Shown: positions 37,889 to 49,649, numbered from the stretch's first letter. The stretch is 51,789 bases of DNA from Anaerotignum sp. (GCA_045122575.1 JBGVHV010000106.1), one strand, 5' to 3'. The notes: generated from the letters alone by a model not told the origin. Numbers and translations are program-made.

Positions 37889-38965
37889 TCAGATCGCTTC
37901 GCAGATCAGTCTGCCCATTTCTTTTGTGCCGACTTCTTTTGTATCAGCGCTGAAAATATCGGGAGTACGATAGCCGGCATCCAATACTTTTGTAACGGCA
38001 TCTTCGATGGCCTGAGATTCTTCTGTCAGGCCGAAGGAGAATTTCAGCATCATTGCCGCAGAAAGGATGGTTGCGATGGGGTTCGCCATATCTCTGCCTG
38101 CGATATCGGGAGCAGAGCCGTGGATGGGTTCATACATACCGAAAGCGCCGTCTGCCAGGCTGGCGGAGGGCAGCATGCCGATAGAACCTGTGATCTGGCT
38201 GGCTTCGTCGGAGATGATATCACCAAAGATATTGGAAGTTACGATGACATCAAAATGTTTGGGATTTCTGACCAGCTGCATGGCTGCATTGTCTACATAC
38301 ATGTGATCCAGTTCTACTTCAGGATAATCTTTTGCCACTTCTGTAACGACTCTGCGCCACAGTTTGCTGCTTTCCAGTACGTTTGCCTTATCGATGCTTG
38401 TCACGCGTTTGCTGCGCTTCATGGCAGCCTCAAAAGCCTGTACGGCAATGCGTTTTACTTCGTATTCGCTGTAAGCTTCTTCGTCGTAGGCTTCCATACC
38501 GTATTTGCCTGTTCTGGTGCCGCGTTTGCCGAAGTAGATACCGCCTGTCAGTTCGCGTACAACCAGAATGTCCAGACTGTCACCGATGATCTCTGTTTTG
38601 ATGGGGCTGGCTGCGCTCAAAGCCTTATGGATGATAGCGGGGCGCAGGTTTGCATACAGACCGAGAGAGCTTCTCAGTTTCAGCAGGGCACCGGCTTCCG
38701 GACGCAGGTTTGCAGGCAGATGATCCCATTTAGGGCCGCCAACGGCACCCAGCAGGATGGCATCGCTGTTTCTGCATGCTTCCAGTGTTTCGTCGGGCAG
38801 GGGTTCGCCGTATACATCATAGGCGCAGCCGCCTGCTAATTTTTCGTTGAAATGAAAACTGTGACCGTATTTTTCGCCGATACAGTTCAATACGTTCATG
38901 GCTTCTGCGACGACATCGGGGCCGATGCCGTCACCTTTTAATACTGCAATATTATAAGATCCCAT
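37889..38965 (-). CDS. leuB: 3-isopropylmalate dehydrogenase
   Basis: [52 protein letters not shown]. Confidence 0.97.
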   Translation of the reverse strand: MGSYNIAVLKGDGIGPDVVAEAMNVLNCIGEKYGHSFHFNEKLAGGCAYDVYGEPLPDETLEACRNSDAILLGAVGGPKWDHLPANLRPEAGALLKLRSSLGLYANLRPAIIHKALSAASPIKTEIIGDSLDILVVRELTGGIYFGKRGTRTGKYGMEAYDEEAYSEYEVKRIAVQAFEAAMKRSKRVTSIDKANVLESSKLWRRVVTEVAKDYPEVELDHMYVDNAAMQLVRNPKHFDVIVTSNIFGDIISDEASQITGSIGMLPSASLADGAFGMYEPIHGSAPDIAGRDMANPIATILSAAMMLKFSFGLTEESQAIEDAVTKVLDAGYRTPDIFSADTKEVGTKEMGRLICEAI

Positions 38966-38976
38966 TTTTTCTCACC

Positions 38977-39474
38977 TTATCTTTCGATTTTTTCTTTTGT
39001 ATATGTGACTAAGCCGCCGGCAGCCATGATCTTCTGCATGAAAGCAGGGAAGGGTTCTGCCTGATAAGTCTTGTTTTTTGTTTCGTTTGTGATGATACCT
39101 GTATTGAAATCTACAGAAACGGTATCGCCTGCATCGATATTGTTGGCTGCTTCTTCACATTCCAGAATGGGCAGGCCGATGTTGATGGCATTTCTGTAGA
39201 AAATACGGGCGAAAGTGGAAGCGATGACGCAGGAGATACCTGCGCATTTGATGGCCAGAGGTGCGTGTTCACGGGAGGAACCGCAGCCAAAGTTTTTCGT
39301 TGCTACCATAATGTCGCCTGTTGTTACGTTGTTTACGAAATCTGCATCGATATCGATCATGCAGTATTTTGCCAGTTCTTCGCCGCTGGATACGTTCAGA
39401 TATCTTGCGGGGATGATCACGTCTGTATCTACGTTATCACCATATTTGAATACTTTACCTTTTACTGTTTCCAT
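38977..39474 (-). CDS. leuD: 3-isopropylmalate dehydratase small subunit (short type)
   Basis: [40 protein letters not shown]. Confidence 0.95.
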   Translation of the reverse strand: METVKGKVFKYGDNVDTDVIIPARYLNVSSGEELAKYCMIDIDADFVNNVTTGDIMVATKNFGCGSSREHAPLAIKCAGISCVIASTFARIFYRNAINIGLPILECEEAANNIDAGDTVSVDFNTGIITNETKNKTYQAEPFPAFMQKIMAAGGLVTYTKEKIER

Positions 39475-40748
39475 TATTTCATCCCTCCTGCGATTTCTTC
39501 GGGGTCTGCGATGTAACCTGCAATAGCGGAAGCCGCTGCAACCGCGGGGCTTGCCAGATATACTTCACTTTCTGTATGACCCATTCTGCCGACAAAGTTT
39601 CTGTTCGTTGTAGAAACACAACGTTCGCCTGCTGCCAGGATGCCCATATGGCCGCCCAGGCAGGGGCCGCAGGTAGGGGTGCTGAAGATGGCACCGGCTT
39701 TTACGATGTCTTCTGCATATCCCAGTCGGATACAGTCCAGATAGATCTGCTGTGTAGCGGGGATGACGATGGTACGAACCTTGGGATGTACCTGTTTGCC
39801 TCTTAACAGATCAGCAGCGATCTTCATGTCGTTCAGTCTGCCGTTGGTGCAGGAGCCGATCACAACTTGATCGATGACAACTTCGCCTGTATTATCGATG
39901 GTTTTTGTGTTTTCGGGCAGGTGAGGGAAGGCTACAGTAGGTCTTAATGTGCTCAGATTGATGGTATATACTTCATCATATTCTGCGTTTGCATCTGCTT
40001 CGTATACAACGGGTTCTTTTGTGGAGTGTTCTTTTACATATTCCATTGTTTTTTCATCTACGGGGAAGATGCCGTTCTTTGCGCCGGCTTCAATGGCCAT
40101 ATTTGCCATGGAGAAACGATCATCCATGGTCAGATACTGGATGCCGTCGCCAACGAATTCCATGCTGCGGTACAGGGCACCGTCTACGCCGATCATACCG
40201 ATGATGTGCAGGATGATGTCTTTGCCGCTGACCCATTTTGCGGGTTTTCCTGTCAGTACGAACTTGATGGCACTAGGTACTTTGAACCATGCTTCACCGG
40301 TAGCCATACCGATCGCCATATCTGTGGAGCCGATCCCTGTGGAGAATGCACCCAATGCACCGTATGTGCAGGTATGAGAGTCAGCGCCAATGATGACCTG
40401 ACCAGGCACAACGATGCCTTTTTCGGGCAGAAGGGCATGTTCAATGCCCATCTGGCCTACATCGAAAAAGTTTTTGATTTCCATATCATAAGCGAAAGTA
40501 CGACAGGCTTTACACTGTTCTGCCGCTTTGATGTCTTTGTTCGGTGTAAAGTGATCCAGTACAACGACTACTTTATCCTTATCAAATACTTCTTTCGCAC
40601 CTGTTTTCTTAAATTCTTTCAGCGCAACAGCTGTTGTGATGTCATTCCCCATAACAACATCCAGTTTTGCCTGAATCAGCTGTCCTGCTTTTACAGTTTC
40701 TACCCCTGCGTGAGCCGCAAGGATTTTTTGTGTCATTGTCATTCCCAT
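39474..40748 (-). CDS. leuC: 3-isopropylmalate dehydratase large subunit (short type)
   Basis: [47 protein letters not shown]. Start at 40748. Confidence 0.95.
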   Translation of the reverse strand: MGMTMTQKILAAHAGVETVKAGQLIQAKLDVVMGNDITTAVALKEFKKTGAKEVFDKDKVVVVLDHFTPNKDIKAAEQCKACRTFAYDMEIKNFFDVGQMGIEHALLPEKGIVVPGQVIIGADSHTCTYGALGAFSTGIGSTDMAIGMATGEAWFKVPSAIKFVLTGKPAKWVSGKDIILHIIGMIGVDGALYRSMEFVGDGIQYLTMDDRFSMANMAIEAGAKNGIFPVDEKTMEYVKEHSTKEPVVYEADANAEYDEVYTINLSTLRPTVAFPHLPENTKTIDNTGEVVIDQVVIGSCTNGRLNDMKIAADLLRGKQVHPKVRTIVIPATQQIYLDCIRLGYAEDIVKAGAIFSTPTCGPCLGGHMGILAAGERCVSTTNRNFVGRMGHTESEVYLASPAVAAASAIAGYIADPEEIAGGMK

Positions 40749-40769
40749 GGTATTTTTCCCCCTTAACAT

Positions 40770-42428
40770 TTATGCGATGATCTTGTTTGTTGTGCTGATT
40801 ACGGCACGCAGACCGGATTTTGTGATATTGCTGGATGTGCCTGCGCCAAAATACATGCCGCCGTTGCTGTCAGCGATCTGGATATAGGAGATCGCTCTGG
40901 ATTTTGTGCCGTGGGACATGGAGTGTTCGCGGTAATCTACAACTTCCATAGAGATGTCGAATTTTTCTTCAATTGCACGGCAAAGTGCAGAGATGATACC
41001 GTTGCCTTCCCCTGTGATGGTAATGGATTTGCCTCGGAAGTTGCATTTTGCTTCGATGGCAACGTCTTCGTGGTTGGTGCGGACGATTTCTTTGTAGCTT
41101 ACCAGTTCCAGAGGCGCTCTGCCGTCTACGTAATGATCTACGAAGGCTTCGTAAATATCCGCAGGAGTCAGGTCTTTATGACGCTTGTCGCTCATGCTGG
41201 TTGTGATCGTGCTGAAATCCTGCTGGAATGCTTTGGGCAGGAACAAACCATAATTCTGTTCCAGAATGAAAGCGACGCCGCCTTTGCCGCTCTGGCTGTT
41301 GATACGAACGATCGGGTCGTAGTTTCTGCCAACATCCATGGGATCGATGGGCAGATAAGGCACTTCCCATCTTTCGGGATGGGTTTTCATTGCTTCCATA
41401 CCTTTTCTGATCGCATCCTGATGAGAGCCGGAGAAGGCGGTATATACCAGAGAGCCTGCATAAGGATGTCTGGGGGAAATAGACATTCTGGTGGATTTTT
41501 CGTAAATTTCAACGGCTTTGTCGATCTGTGTGAAATCCAGTTCGGGATCGATGCCCTGAGAGAAGATGTTCATGGCAACATTCATGATATCTGTATTACC
41601 GGTTCTTTCGCCGTTACCGAACAAAGTACCTTCCACACGGTCAGCCCCTGCCAGAATCGCCAGTTCTGTAGCTGCTACTGCTGTGCCGCGGTCATTGTGG
41701 GCATGCAGGCTGACATGGATGCTGTCTCTGTATTTCAGATTTTCGCAGCAGTATTCGATCTGGTCTGCGTAAACGTTAGGTGTTGCCATTTCTACCGTAG
41801 AGGGCAGGTTGATGATGGCTTTGTGGTCGGGTGTGGGTTTCCATACATCCAGCACTGCATTGCAGATTTCAACAGCGAAAGGCATTTCTGTGCCTGTGAA
41901 GCTTTCGGGAGAATATTCGAAGAAGAATTCTGTTTCGGGCATTTTTGCCGCTTCTTCCAGAATCAGTTCTGCACCGGAAACAGCCAGATCGATGGTTTCT
42001 TGCATGGAATTGCCGAAAACGACATCTCTCTGCAGTGTGGAAGTAGAGTTATACAGGTGAACGATGGCTTTTTTCGCACCTTTCAGGGATTCGAATGTTT
42101 TTTTGATGATATGAGGTCTGCTCTGTGTCAGCACCTGGACGACGACGTCGTCGGGGATCAGATTGTTTTCGATCAGACATCTTGCAAATTCAAATTCTGT
42201 ATCGCTGGCTGCGGGGAAACCGATTTCGATTTCTTTAAACCCTGTTTTTACAAGGAACTGGAAAAATGTCAGTTTTTCTTCCAGATTCATGGGGATTTCC
42301 AGAGACTGATTACCGTCTCTCATATCTACACTGCACCAGATGGGTGCTTTTGTGATCGTATTGTTTGGCCATTTTCTGTTTGGCATCTGCATGGGGGGAT
42401 AAGGTCTGTACTTTGTGTAATTCATCAT
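40770..42428 (-). CDS. leuA: 2-isopropylmalate synthase (actinobacterial/fungal-like LeuA2 type)
   Basis: PIWCSVDMRDGNQ, EYSPESF, HAHNDRG, GNGERTGN, AFSGSHQDAI, RINSQSGKGG. Confidence 0.95.
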   Translation of the reverse strand: MMNYTKYRPYPPMQMPNRKWPNNTITKAPIWCSVDMRDGNQSLEIPMNLEEKLTFFQFLVKTGFKEIEIGFPAASDTEFEFARCLIENNLIPDDVVVQVLTQSRPHIIKKTFESLKGAKKAIVHLYNSTSTLQRDVVFGNSMQETIDLAVSGAELILEEAAKMPETEFFFEYSPESFTGTEMPFAVEICNAVLDVWKPTPDHKAIINLPSTVEMATPNVYADQIEYCCENLKYRDSIHVSLHAHNDRGTAVAATELAILAGADRVEGTLFGNGERTGNTDIMNVAMNIFSQGIDPELDFTQIDKAVEIYEKSTRMSISPRHPYAGSLVYTAFSGSHQDAIRKGMEAMKTHPERWEVPYLPIDPMDVGRNYDPIVRINSQSGKGGVAFILEQNYGLFLPKAFQQDFSTITTSMSDKRHKDLTPADIYEAFVDHYVDGRAPLELVSYKEIVRTNHEDVAIEAKCNFRGKSITITGEGNGIISALCRAIEEKFDISMEVVDYREHSMSHGTKSRAISYIQIADSNGGMYFGAGTSSNITKSGLRAVISTTNKIIA

Positions 42429-42486
42429 TTGTGTGTCCTCCTTGGTTTATCCTTTGTATTTTTTGGTGCATGTTGGTGCATTTTTT

Positions 42487-42768
42487 AGTAAAAAAAGACC
42501 TTTCATCTCTGTCATTAAGAGACGAAAGGTCTTAAACTTCCGCGGTACCACTCTCATTTATCCCCCAAAGGGGATACGCTTTACAAATACGGGCAAAAAG
42601 CCGATATTCTGTCGGGGTAACGGTCGACTGCCGGTTCTACCTACTTTATATGGTTATCTTTCAGCGAACCACTCGGAGGCCAGTTCAAAAATCCTTTGCT
42701 GCCTGCTCACACCAGCCGCAGACTCTCTGAAAACATTGGGATGATCTACTATTCCTCTTCATAGTGTT
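42487..42768 (-). ncRNA. T-box riboswitch (Leu) upstream of leuACDB
   Basis: AGAGA and GGTGnGA stem I motifs; specifier GAA-CTG (42681-42683); AGTA box; T-box GAGAGTGGTACCGCG; terminator with U-tract. Confidence 0.93.
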
Positions 42769-42968
42769 TTATCTTTTGTATCGTAATGGAAACAATTTAA
42801 ACACTGAATTGTATTTTTGTCAATACAATTTTTGGAAAAATTTTAAAAATTAGAAAAGGAAAAGAAAATGGAAATATCATTGTCGGATACTATGCTTTTG
42901 TGATATAATTCTATGATAGAATATGCAAGGACTGCATATTGCAATCTCCAAGAATGGGAGGATATAAG

Positions 42969-44570
42969 ATGAAGATGAAAAAACAGCTTGCTTCTTTGTT
43001 GGCGTGCAGCATGCTGCTGGCGGCTGCCCCAGGGGAAGCAATGGCATACGAAACGCCGGAAATCGTTCGTGTAGGTCTGGAATCTGTCTGCAAAAACGTT
43101 TCCTCCGCCACCATCGGTGTGTGGGATCTGTATGTAGGCATGGTCTGGGATGATGCCTTTGAAGAAGGCGGCAAAATCACATCCAGCGGTACATTCACAG
43201 CAAAACCTGCGGTAGGCGAATATGTAATGATCGAAAGTGAAATGGATCTGGATGAGGCTGTCGATCTGGCAAAAGACCTGACGAATCAAGGCTATGATGC
43301 ATATGCATATTATCTGATGGATCAGGAGTGGACAGTGGCGGTAAAAGGTGCTTCCCGTGCAGATGTGGAAGAGGCATCTGATGAACATGCATCGAAAAAA
43401 TCTCTGGAAGCCTTCAGTGTGTCCGGCGGCGAGGTGAAACTGCTGCTTTCTGAAGATGCGGTTCTGATGGGCGGCAATACCGATGATACGTTTAAACTGA
43501 ACGGCAACCCTTATCGCGGCATGCTGACTTTTTCAGTCACAGGCAATACGATGACAGCGGTCAATGTCATTGGTCTGGAAGAATATCTGTATGGTGTTGT
43601 TCCTTCCGAAATGCCTAAAAGTTATGAAACAGAAGCCCTGAAAGCCCAGGCGGTAGCAGCAAGAACTTACGCCATGACAAAACTGGGTGCCCACACAGGC
43701 AGCGGCTATCAGCTTTGTGATAGTACAAATTGTCAGGTATATAAAGGTTACAGCAACGAAGGGGCCACAACCACAGCGGCGATTGATGATACAGCAGGGG
43801 AAGTTGCATGTTATAACGGCAGCCCTATTGAAGCCGTATTCTCTACTTCCAGCGGCGGTTATACAGAAAACAGTGAAAATGTATGGTGGGCAGCGGTGCC
43901 TTATCTGCGTGCTGTGCCGGAATTTGGGGAATATAATAATAATGCATGGAAAAAAGAGCTGACATTGGATGAACTGACAGATCTGCTGGAAACAAAAGGG
44001 GAAAATATTGGTTCTGCCAAGGACATTGTGATCACGAAACTGTCTACCGGCGGTCGTGTGCAGGAAATGCAGATCGTTGGTACGGCAGGAACAAAAACAT
44101 TAAATAAAGAAAACATTCGTACCTATTTCTCCGGAGCCTGCGGCAGTCTGCCCAGCAAGATGTTCACCATCAACGGCAAGGGCGGAGAAATTGGACAGTA
44201 TGGCGCAGAAGTGGTGAAAACAGAGACCAAAGCGCCGACAAAAGGCGGCGGTCTGCTGGCGGCGGCAGCCAATCAGGGGATTATTGCAAAGACAAATGGA
44301 AAACTTTCTCATCTGAACGGAAAGAATATTTCTCTGGATGTGGAAGTGAAAGAAACCTCCAAACCTTCTGTTTCCATAAGCAATGGTGACTACGAAGTAT
44401 ATTCTGTCAATATCAGCACAGTGAAAGACGGCAAATTTGTATTTGAAGGCGTTGGTGCAGGCCATGGTGTCGGCATGAGCCAGAATGGCGCGCAGGCTAT
44501 GGCACAGATGGGCTATGATTATAAAGAGATCCTGAAGCATTATTATACCGGGATCACCATCGAGGACTGA
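42969..44570 (+). CDS. SpoIID/LytB domain protein (lytic transglycosylase-like)
   Basis: Signal peptide; YRG, LEEYLYGVVPSEMP, EALKAQAVAARTY, CQVY, GHGVGMSQNGA, ILKHYYTG. Confidence 0.93.
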   Translation: MKMKKQLASLLACSMLLAAAPGEAMAYETPEIVRVGLESVCKNVSSATIGVWDLYVGMVWDDAFEEGGKITSSGTFTAKPAVGEYVMIESEMDLDEAVDLAKDLTNQGYDAYAYYLMDQEWTVAVKGASRADVEEASDEHASKKSLEAFSVSGGEVKLLLSEDAVLMGGNTDDTFKLNGNPYRGMLTFSVTGNTMTAVNVIGLEEYLYGVVPSEMPKSYETEALKAQAVAARTYAMTKLGAHTGSGYQLCDSTNCQVYKGYSNEGATTTAAIDDTAGEVACYNGSPIEAVFSTSSGGYTENSENVWWAAVPYLRAVPEFGEYNNNAWKKELTLDELTDLLETKGENIGSAKDIVITKLSTGGRVQEMQIVGTAGTKTLNKENIRTYFSGACGSLPSKMFTINGKGGEIGQYGAEVVKTETKAPTKGGGLLAAAANQGIIAKTNGKLSHLNGKNISLDVEVKETSKPSVSISNGDYEVYSVNISTVKDGKFVFEGVGAGHGVGMSQNGAQAMAQMGYDYKEILKHYYTGITIED

Positions 44571-44572
44571 TT

Positions 44573-44833
44573 ATGAAGGATTTTAGAACATTCCTGCTTT
44601 CCAGAAACGGCTGGCAGGATGGAAAAGGGAATACAGTGGTTTTTTCTGACAGAGGGCTGTTTGGCGAACCGAAAGAGGGGGAACTCTGGCTGTTTCTGGA
44701 TGAAGGTCTGCGCTGCGGCGGGATGAATCGTCCCATCGCTCCTGCCTTGGAAGCAGTTCGCGAAGCTCTTTGCGGTGTCGGGAAAAACGAACTTTGGGCT
44801 GCCATTGAAAGAGACTGGAACGAGGAGGTATGA
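44573..44833 (+). CDS. Hypothetical protein (86 aa)
   Basis: Packed 2 nt after the spoIID-like gene and 3 nt before the next ORF; GAGG RBS. Confidence 0.7.
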   Translation: MKDFRTFLLSRNGWQDGKGNTVVFSDRGLFGEPKEGELWLFLDEGLRCGGMNRPIAPALEAVREALCGVGKNELWAAIERDWNEEV

Positions 44834-44836
44834 GAA

Positions 44837-45139
44837 ATGTTTTTTGAAAAACTGACGGAAGAACAGATCAGAGAAGTCATGAATGTGATTTCCGATGACG
44901 GCGAATTGACGATCCTGAAGATCCGTACATACGATCAGAGCTTTGAAGATGCGGTTGCGGTGTCCAATGTGCCTGAGGTAACGGCAAAGTTTAGGGAGGA
45001 TATCGAAACATATCAGCTGTATGATTATAATATCCGCGGCAAAAACCGTGCCGGCGCAGGTTCTGACTATGTATACAGAAGTTTGATGTACAAATGGTTT
45101 GGCGATGAATATGCTATCAAATATTTATTGGAATTCTAA
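44837..45139 (+). CDS. Hypothetical protein, paralog A (100 aa)
   Basis: GAGGAGG RBS; clear similarity to the next ORF. Confidence 0.85.
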   Translation: MFFEKLTEEQIREVMNVISDDGELTILKIRTYDQSFEDAVAVSNVPEVTAKFREDIETYQLYDYNIRGKNRAGAGSDYVYRSLMYKWFGDEYAIKYLLEF

Positions 45140-45153
45140 GGGAGGGAATAGAG

Positions 45154-45429
45154 ATGTTTGTAAAGAAACTGAAAGACGATGAAATTTTACAGATCATGCG
45201 TGCTATTTCCGATCCCGAATGTGAGATCGTAAGCATTTTCCGAAAGGTAACAGATCCTGAGGTCATCATCAATTCTCAGGATATGGAAGAGCATTATGTG
45301 CTGCACGATTTTGATATCGAAGGGTTTGATTACCTGCCCGACGATGCAACCGTGACATACCGTAAGGAAATGCTGAAAATTTTTGGCGTAAAATATGCAG
45401 AAGATTATATGTTTAGGGGAACAAGATGA
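45154..45429 (+). CDS. Hypothetical protein, paralog B (91 aa)
   Basis: GGGAGG RBS; stop overlaps the queA start (ATGA). Confidence 0.85.
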   Translation: MFVKKLKDDEILQIMRAISDPECEIVSIFRKVTDPEVIINSQDMEEHYVLHDFDIEGFDYLPDDATVTYRKEMLKIFGVKYAEDYMFRGTR

Positions 45430-46460
45430 AAACAAGTGATTTTTACTTTGATCTGCCGGAAGAACTGATTGCTCAGGAACCCCTCAAGGACAGGGCTTCC
45501 AGCCGTCTGATGGTGGTACATAAAGACAGCGGCGAAAGAGAACACCGACATTTCAGAGATATCAAAGAATATTTAAAAGCAGGGGACTGCCTTGTGATTA
45601 ATAATACAAAGGTACTTCCTGCCAGATTATATGGCGAACGCGTGGGCACAGGCGCAGCCATGGAGATCCTTCTTCTGGTGAGAAGAGATATGGATACATG
45701 GGAAGTGCTGGTGCGTCCCGGTAAAAAAGCCCGTCCCGGGGATAAAATCTCTTTTGGCGGCGGTAAACTGGTGGCGGAAGTGCTGGAGGTCATCGAAGGC
45801 GGCAACCGCATCATTAAATTCGAATATGAAGGTGTATTTGAAAACATTCTGGACGAACTGGGGGAAATGCCACTGCCTCCTTATATCACCCATAAACTGG
45901 AGGATAAAAACAGATATCAGACTGTTTATGCAGAACATGAAGGTTCTGCGGCAGCACCTACGGCAGGTCTGCATTTTACACCGGAACTGCTGCAGGAAAT
46001 TCAGGATATGGGCGTGAAAGTGGCTCATGTGACCCTGCATGTGGGTCTGGGCACCTTCCGTCCGGTTAAGGTGGATAATGTGCTGGAGCATGAAATGCAT
46101 TCTGAGTTTTATGTGGTAGAGCCGGAACAGGCGACGATCATGAATGAAACAAAGAAAAACGGAGGCCGTATCATCGCTGTCGGTACGACCAGCACCAGAA
46201 CACTGGAATCTGTGACAGATGAAAACGGCATCATTCAGGCGAAAACCGGCTGGACAAAGATCTTTATCTATCCCGGGTACGAATTTAAAGCGGTGGACTG
46301 TCTGGTGACAAACTTCCACCTGCCCGAATCTACACTCATCATGCTGGTTTCTGCACTGATGGGCAAGGAACTGGTTATGGAATCCTATGAAGAAGCGGTA
46401 AAAGAAAGATATCGTTTCTTCTCCTTCGGGGATGCCTGCCTGTTTCTGGCAAAAAAATAA
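45426..46460 (+). CDS. queA: S-adenosylmethionine:tRNA ribosyltransferase-isomerase
   Basis: [67 protein letters not shown]. Confidence 0.98.
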   Translation: MKTSDFYFDLPEELIAQEPLKDRASSRLMVVHKDSGEREHRHFRDIKEYLKAGDCLVINNTKVLPARLYGERVGTGAAMEILLLVRRDMDTWEVLVRPGKKARPGDKISFGGGKLVAEVLEVIEGGNRIIKFEYEGVFENILDELGEMPLPPYITHKLEDKNRYQTVYAEHEGSAAAPTAGLHFTPELLQEIQDMGVKVAHVTLHVGLGTFRPVKVDNVLEHEMHSEFYVVEPEQATIMNETKKNGGRIIAVGTTSTRTLESVTDENGIIQAKTGWTKIFIYPGYEFKAVDCLVTNFHLPESTLIMLVSALMGKELVMESYEEAVKERYRFFSFGDACLFLAKK

Positions 46461-46466
46461 GCAATA

Positions 46467-46506
46467 AAAAATCCTTACTGCAAAAGCAGTAAGGATTTAT
46501 TTTTTT
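46467..46506. terminator. Bidirectional terminator queA/NSS
   Basis: AAATCCTTACTGC-aaaa-GCAGTAAGGATTT with flanking A/T tracts. Confidence 0.85.
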
Positions 46507-46511
46507 GCGGA

Positions 46512-47834
46512 TTAACCAATACCGCCGTTCAGTGCACCCAAGATCAGTACGATAAAGCAGATGGGGCAAAGTATATATTTGCACAGAGGATAGAACCATG
46601 TGAACATAGGCTTGTTTCTACCTTTGTTCACTTCGAATTCCACGAACTCTTTCTTGCAGAACCAGAAGAACATCACAGCAGCCAGACCAGCACCCAGAGG
46701 GCAGATGTAGATGGAGAGAACATCCATCCAGCCGGAAACGATGCCCTGAATCAGAATGGAAACCACTGCGCCGATGACACCAATGGTCAGGCAGGCGGGA
46801 ATACGGCTGAAACCGAATTTTTCCTGAAGGGTAGCAATGGGTGTTTCATACAGATTCAGCAGGGAAGTCATACCTGCGAACAGAACAGCTACAAAGAAGA
46901 TGATGGCGAAGATGGAACCGCCGGGCATGCTGTGGAACAGATTCGGCAGGAAGATAAACATCAGACCGGGGCCGCCCTGATCCAGCTGAGAACCTGCGGT
47001 TGCCATGGCAGGAATGATCACCAGCGCTGCCAGACAGGCTGCCAGTGTGTCGAAGAACGCAACACGGGCTGCAGAAGCAGGAATGTTTTCGTCGTCAGAC
47101 AGATAAGAACCATAGATCACTGTGCCGTTGCCTGCAATGGACAGGGAGAAAAATGCCTGACCCAGCGCGTAGATCCATGTCATAGGATCTTTCAGAGCCA
47201 CAGGATCCACACGGAAGATATATTTGTAACCTTCTGCGGAACCGGGCTGCAGGGCGATGTAGATCGCCAGTCCAACGAACAGAACGTAGAACAGAGGCAT
47301 CATCACTTTGTTTGCTTTTTCAATGCCCTTGCCGATACCCAGCATGGTGATGGCCAGACAGATTACCAGTGCGCCGATCTGCCATGCATTGTTGCCAAAT
47401 GCACTGGCCATGCCGCCGAAAGCGCCTGCATAACCGTCTACATCAGCATAAGCCAGTGTAGCGCCGGTAAATGTACCGACTGCATATTTCAGGATCCAGC
47501 CCATAACGACAGTATAACCAATGGCCATGGCCAGTGCGCCGACCATGGGGATCAGACCCAGTGCTTCCCCCAGACTGCGCTTGCCTTTGCTTTCCAGGGC
47601 CATACCGAAAGCATTTACAGGGCCGGAACGAGCCGCGCGGCCGAAGGCCATTTCGCCGATGACGCCGGTAGCACCGATCAGTACAACAAAGATGAAATAG
47701 GGGATGATGAAGGAACCGCCGCCATAGAGAGATACTCTGGTGGGGAACATCCAAAGGTTGCCCATACCTACGGCAGAGCCAACACACGCCAGAATAAACC
47801 CTAATCTGGTGGTAAAAGAATCACGATTTTTCAT
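46512..47834 (-). CDS. Sodium-dependent amino-acid transporter (NSS family)
   Basis: GFILACVGSAVGMGNLWMFP, GGGSFIIPYF, ALGQAFFSLS, GPGLMFIFLP. Confidence 0.95.
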   Translation of the reverse strand: MKNRDSFTTRLGFILACVGSAVGMGNLWMFPTRVSLYGGGSFIIPYFIFVVLIGATGVIGEMAFGRAARSGPVNAFGMALESKGKRSLGEALGLIPMVGALAMAIGYTVVMGWILKYAVGTFTGATLAYADVDGYAGAFGGMASAFGNNAWQIGALVICLAITMLGIGKGIEKANKVMMPLFYVLFVGLAIYIALQPGSAEGYKYIFRVDPVALKDPMTWIYALGQAFFSLSIAGNGTVIYGSYLSDDENIPASAARVAFFDTLAACLAALVIIPAMATAGSQLDQGGPGLMFIFLPNLFHSMPGGSIFAIIFFVAVLFAGMTSLLNLYETPIATLQEKFGFSRIPACLTIGVIGAVVSILIQGIVSGWMDVLSIYICPLGAGLAAVMFFWFCKKEFVEFEVNKGRNKPMFTWFYPLCKYILCPICFIVLILGALNGGIG

Positions 47835-48031
47835 AAAGTTTCTCCTTTAACAATAAAAATACTTTGAGTAGTATAACATTTTTTTATGGGAAAAAACATA
47901 CCAAAATGAAAAAAATCCTTATTTTTACTGGATTTTTGCAGATACACTGCTGTTTTCTTTTTGGTTGAAATAAACGAAAATCTGCTATAAAATAAATGCA
48001 TGAAAAAGTGTAAAGGAAAGTCGGTGGAAAA

Positions 48032-49351
48032 ATGGACTTATTTGAATATAATCGCAGTCTGCAGGGAGGAAAGGATGCCCCGCTGGCAGCTCGTATGCGT
48101 CCTGTGACACTGGAGGAATTTGTAGGACAGGAGCATATCGTCGGTAAGGGGAAATTGCTTTATCGTGCCATCAAAAGTGACAGATTAAGTTCTGTTATTT
48201 TCTATGGCCCTCCCGGTACGGGCAAAACCACACTGGCAAAGATCATTGCCAATACCACAAAAAGCAAATTCCGTCAGATCAATGCTACGACGGCAGGGAT
48301 CAAGGATATCAAGGAAACGGTGGAAGATGCTAAGGCTGACTTGGGCATGTATGGTGCAAAGACGATTCTGTTCATTGACGAGATCCATCGTTTTAATAAG
48401 AGCCAGCAGGATGCCTTGCTGCCCCATGTGGAGGACGGTACGCTGGTTCTCATTGGTGCAACCACGGAAAATCCCTATTTTGAAGTAAATAAGGCGCTGG
48501 TTTCCCGTTCCATCGTCTTTGAACTGCGCCAGCTGGAGGATCAGGACATCAAACAGCTTTTGAGAAGAGCCCTGACCGATGTGGAAAAAGGGATGGGGGC
48601 TTATCATGCCGAAATGGATGAGGATGCTCTGTCTTTTCTTGCCAATACGGCCAATGGGGATGCCAGAACGGCTCTCAATGCGCTGGAGCTGGCTGTGCTG
48701 ACCACAGAACCTTCCAAGGACGGCAGTATCCATATCACTTTGGAGGAAGCGCAGGAATGTATCCAGAAGCGGGCGCTGAATTATGATAAGGACGGGGACA
48801 ATCACTACGATACCATTTCTGCCTTTATCAAGAGTATGCGCGGTTCTGACCCCGATGCGGCTCTATATTATCTGGCGAAAATGATCTATGCGGGGGAAGA
48901 CCCCAAATTCATCGCCCGCAGAGTGGTGATCTGTGCTTCTGAAGATGTGGGGAATGCAGACCCCCATGCACTGCAGGTGGCTGTGGCGGCCATGGAAGCG
49001 GTCAATTTCATCGGTATGCCGGAAGGACGTATCCCGCTGGCGCAAGCCGTTTCCTATGTGGCCTGTGCGCCCAAAAGCAATGCGGCCTATCTGGGGATCG
49101 ATAAGGCACTGAGTGATGTACGGAATATCCGCATCCGTACCGTTCCGCCTCATCTGAAGGATGCCCATTACAGCGGAGCGAAGGAACTGGAGCATGGCGT
49201 GGGCTATAAATATGCTCACGATTATCCCAATCATTATGTGGAACAGCAGTACCTTCCCGATGAATTGGTGGGTACTGTATACTATGCACCAACGGATAAC
49301 GGGGTGGAACGCCGTATCAAGGAACATCTGCGCCGTCTGAAGGGGGAATAA
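48032..49351 (+). CDS. rarA: Replication-associated recombination protein A
   Basis: [65 protein letters not shown]. Confidence 0.97.
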   Translation: MDLFEYNRSLQGGKDAPLAARMRPVTLEEFVGQEHIVGKGKLLYRAIKSDRLSSVIFYGPPGTGKTTLAKIIANTTKSKFRQINATTAGIKDIKETVEDAKADLGMYGAKTILFIDEIHRFNKSQQDALLPHVEDGTLVLIGATTENPYFEVNKALVSRSIVFELRQLEDQDIKQLLRRALTDVEKGMGAYHAEMDEDALSFLANTANGDARTALNALELAVLTTEPSKDGSIHITLEEAQECIQKRALNYDKDGDNHYDTISAFIKSMRGSDPDAALYYLAKMIYAGEDPKFIARRVVICASEDVGNADPHALQVAVAAMEAVNFIGMPEGRIPLAQAVSYVACAPKSNAAYLGIDKALSDVRNIRIRTVPPHLKDAHYSGAKELEHGVGYKYAHDYPNHYVEQQYLPDELVGTVYYAPTDNGVERRIKEHLRRLKGE

Positions 49352-49420
49352 AGGGTGTTTTATAGAAATCCCCTTGACTTTCCGTTTCTATATGATAGAA
49401 TATTCATGTTATATTTATGA

Positions 49421-49649
49421 ATGACTATGAAGATGAAAAGTATGCAGTGAAACTGCCCCAGAGAGAGCGTTCCATAGGCTGGAAGAATGCTTGGTGAGAG
49501 AAACTGCAGAAGTTCCCATCGGAGTCGGCTTTCTGAACGAATAGTAGGAAAGTCCGTTTCATGCACGTTACGCATTAGAGTGCCTGTAATAGCAGGAATT
49601 TGGGTGGTACCGCGAGCCTTCGTCCCTTTGTGTGACGAAGGCTTTTTCT
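49421..49649 (+). ncRNA. T-box riboswitch (Phe) upstream of pheST
   Basis: AGAGA and GCTGGAA stem I motifs; specifier TTC at 49513-49515; AGTA box; T-box TTGGGTGGTACCGCG; terminator AGCCTTCGTC/GACGAAGGCT plus T-tract. Confidence 0.93.

Noticed and set aside
42826..42852. CodY-like A/T tracts upstream of the leu promoter
   Set aside because: Three or more mismatches and indistinguishable from AT-rich intergenic sequence
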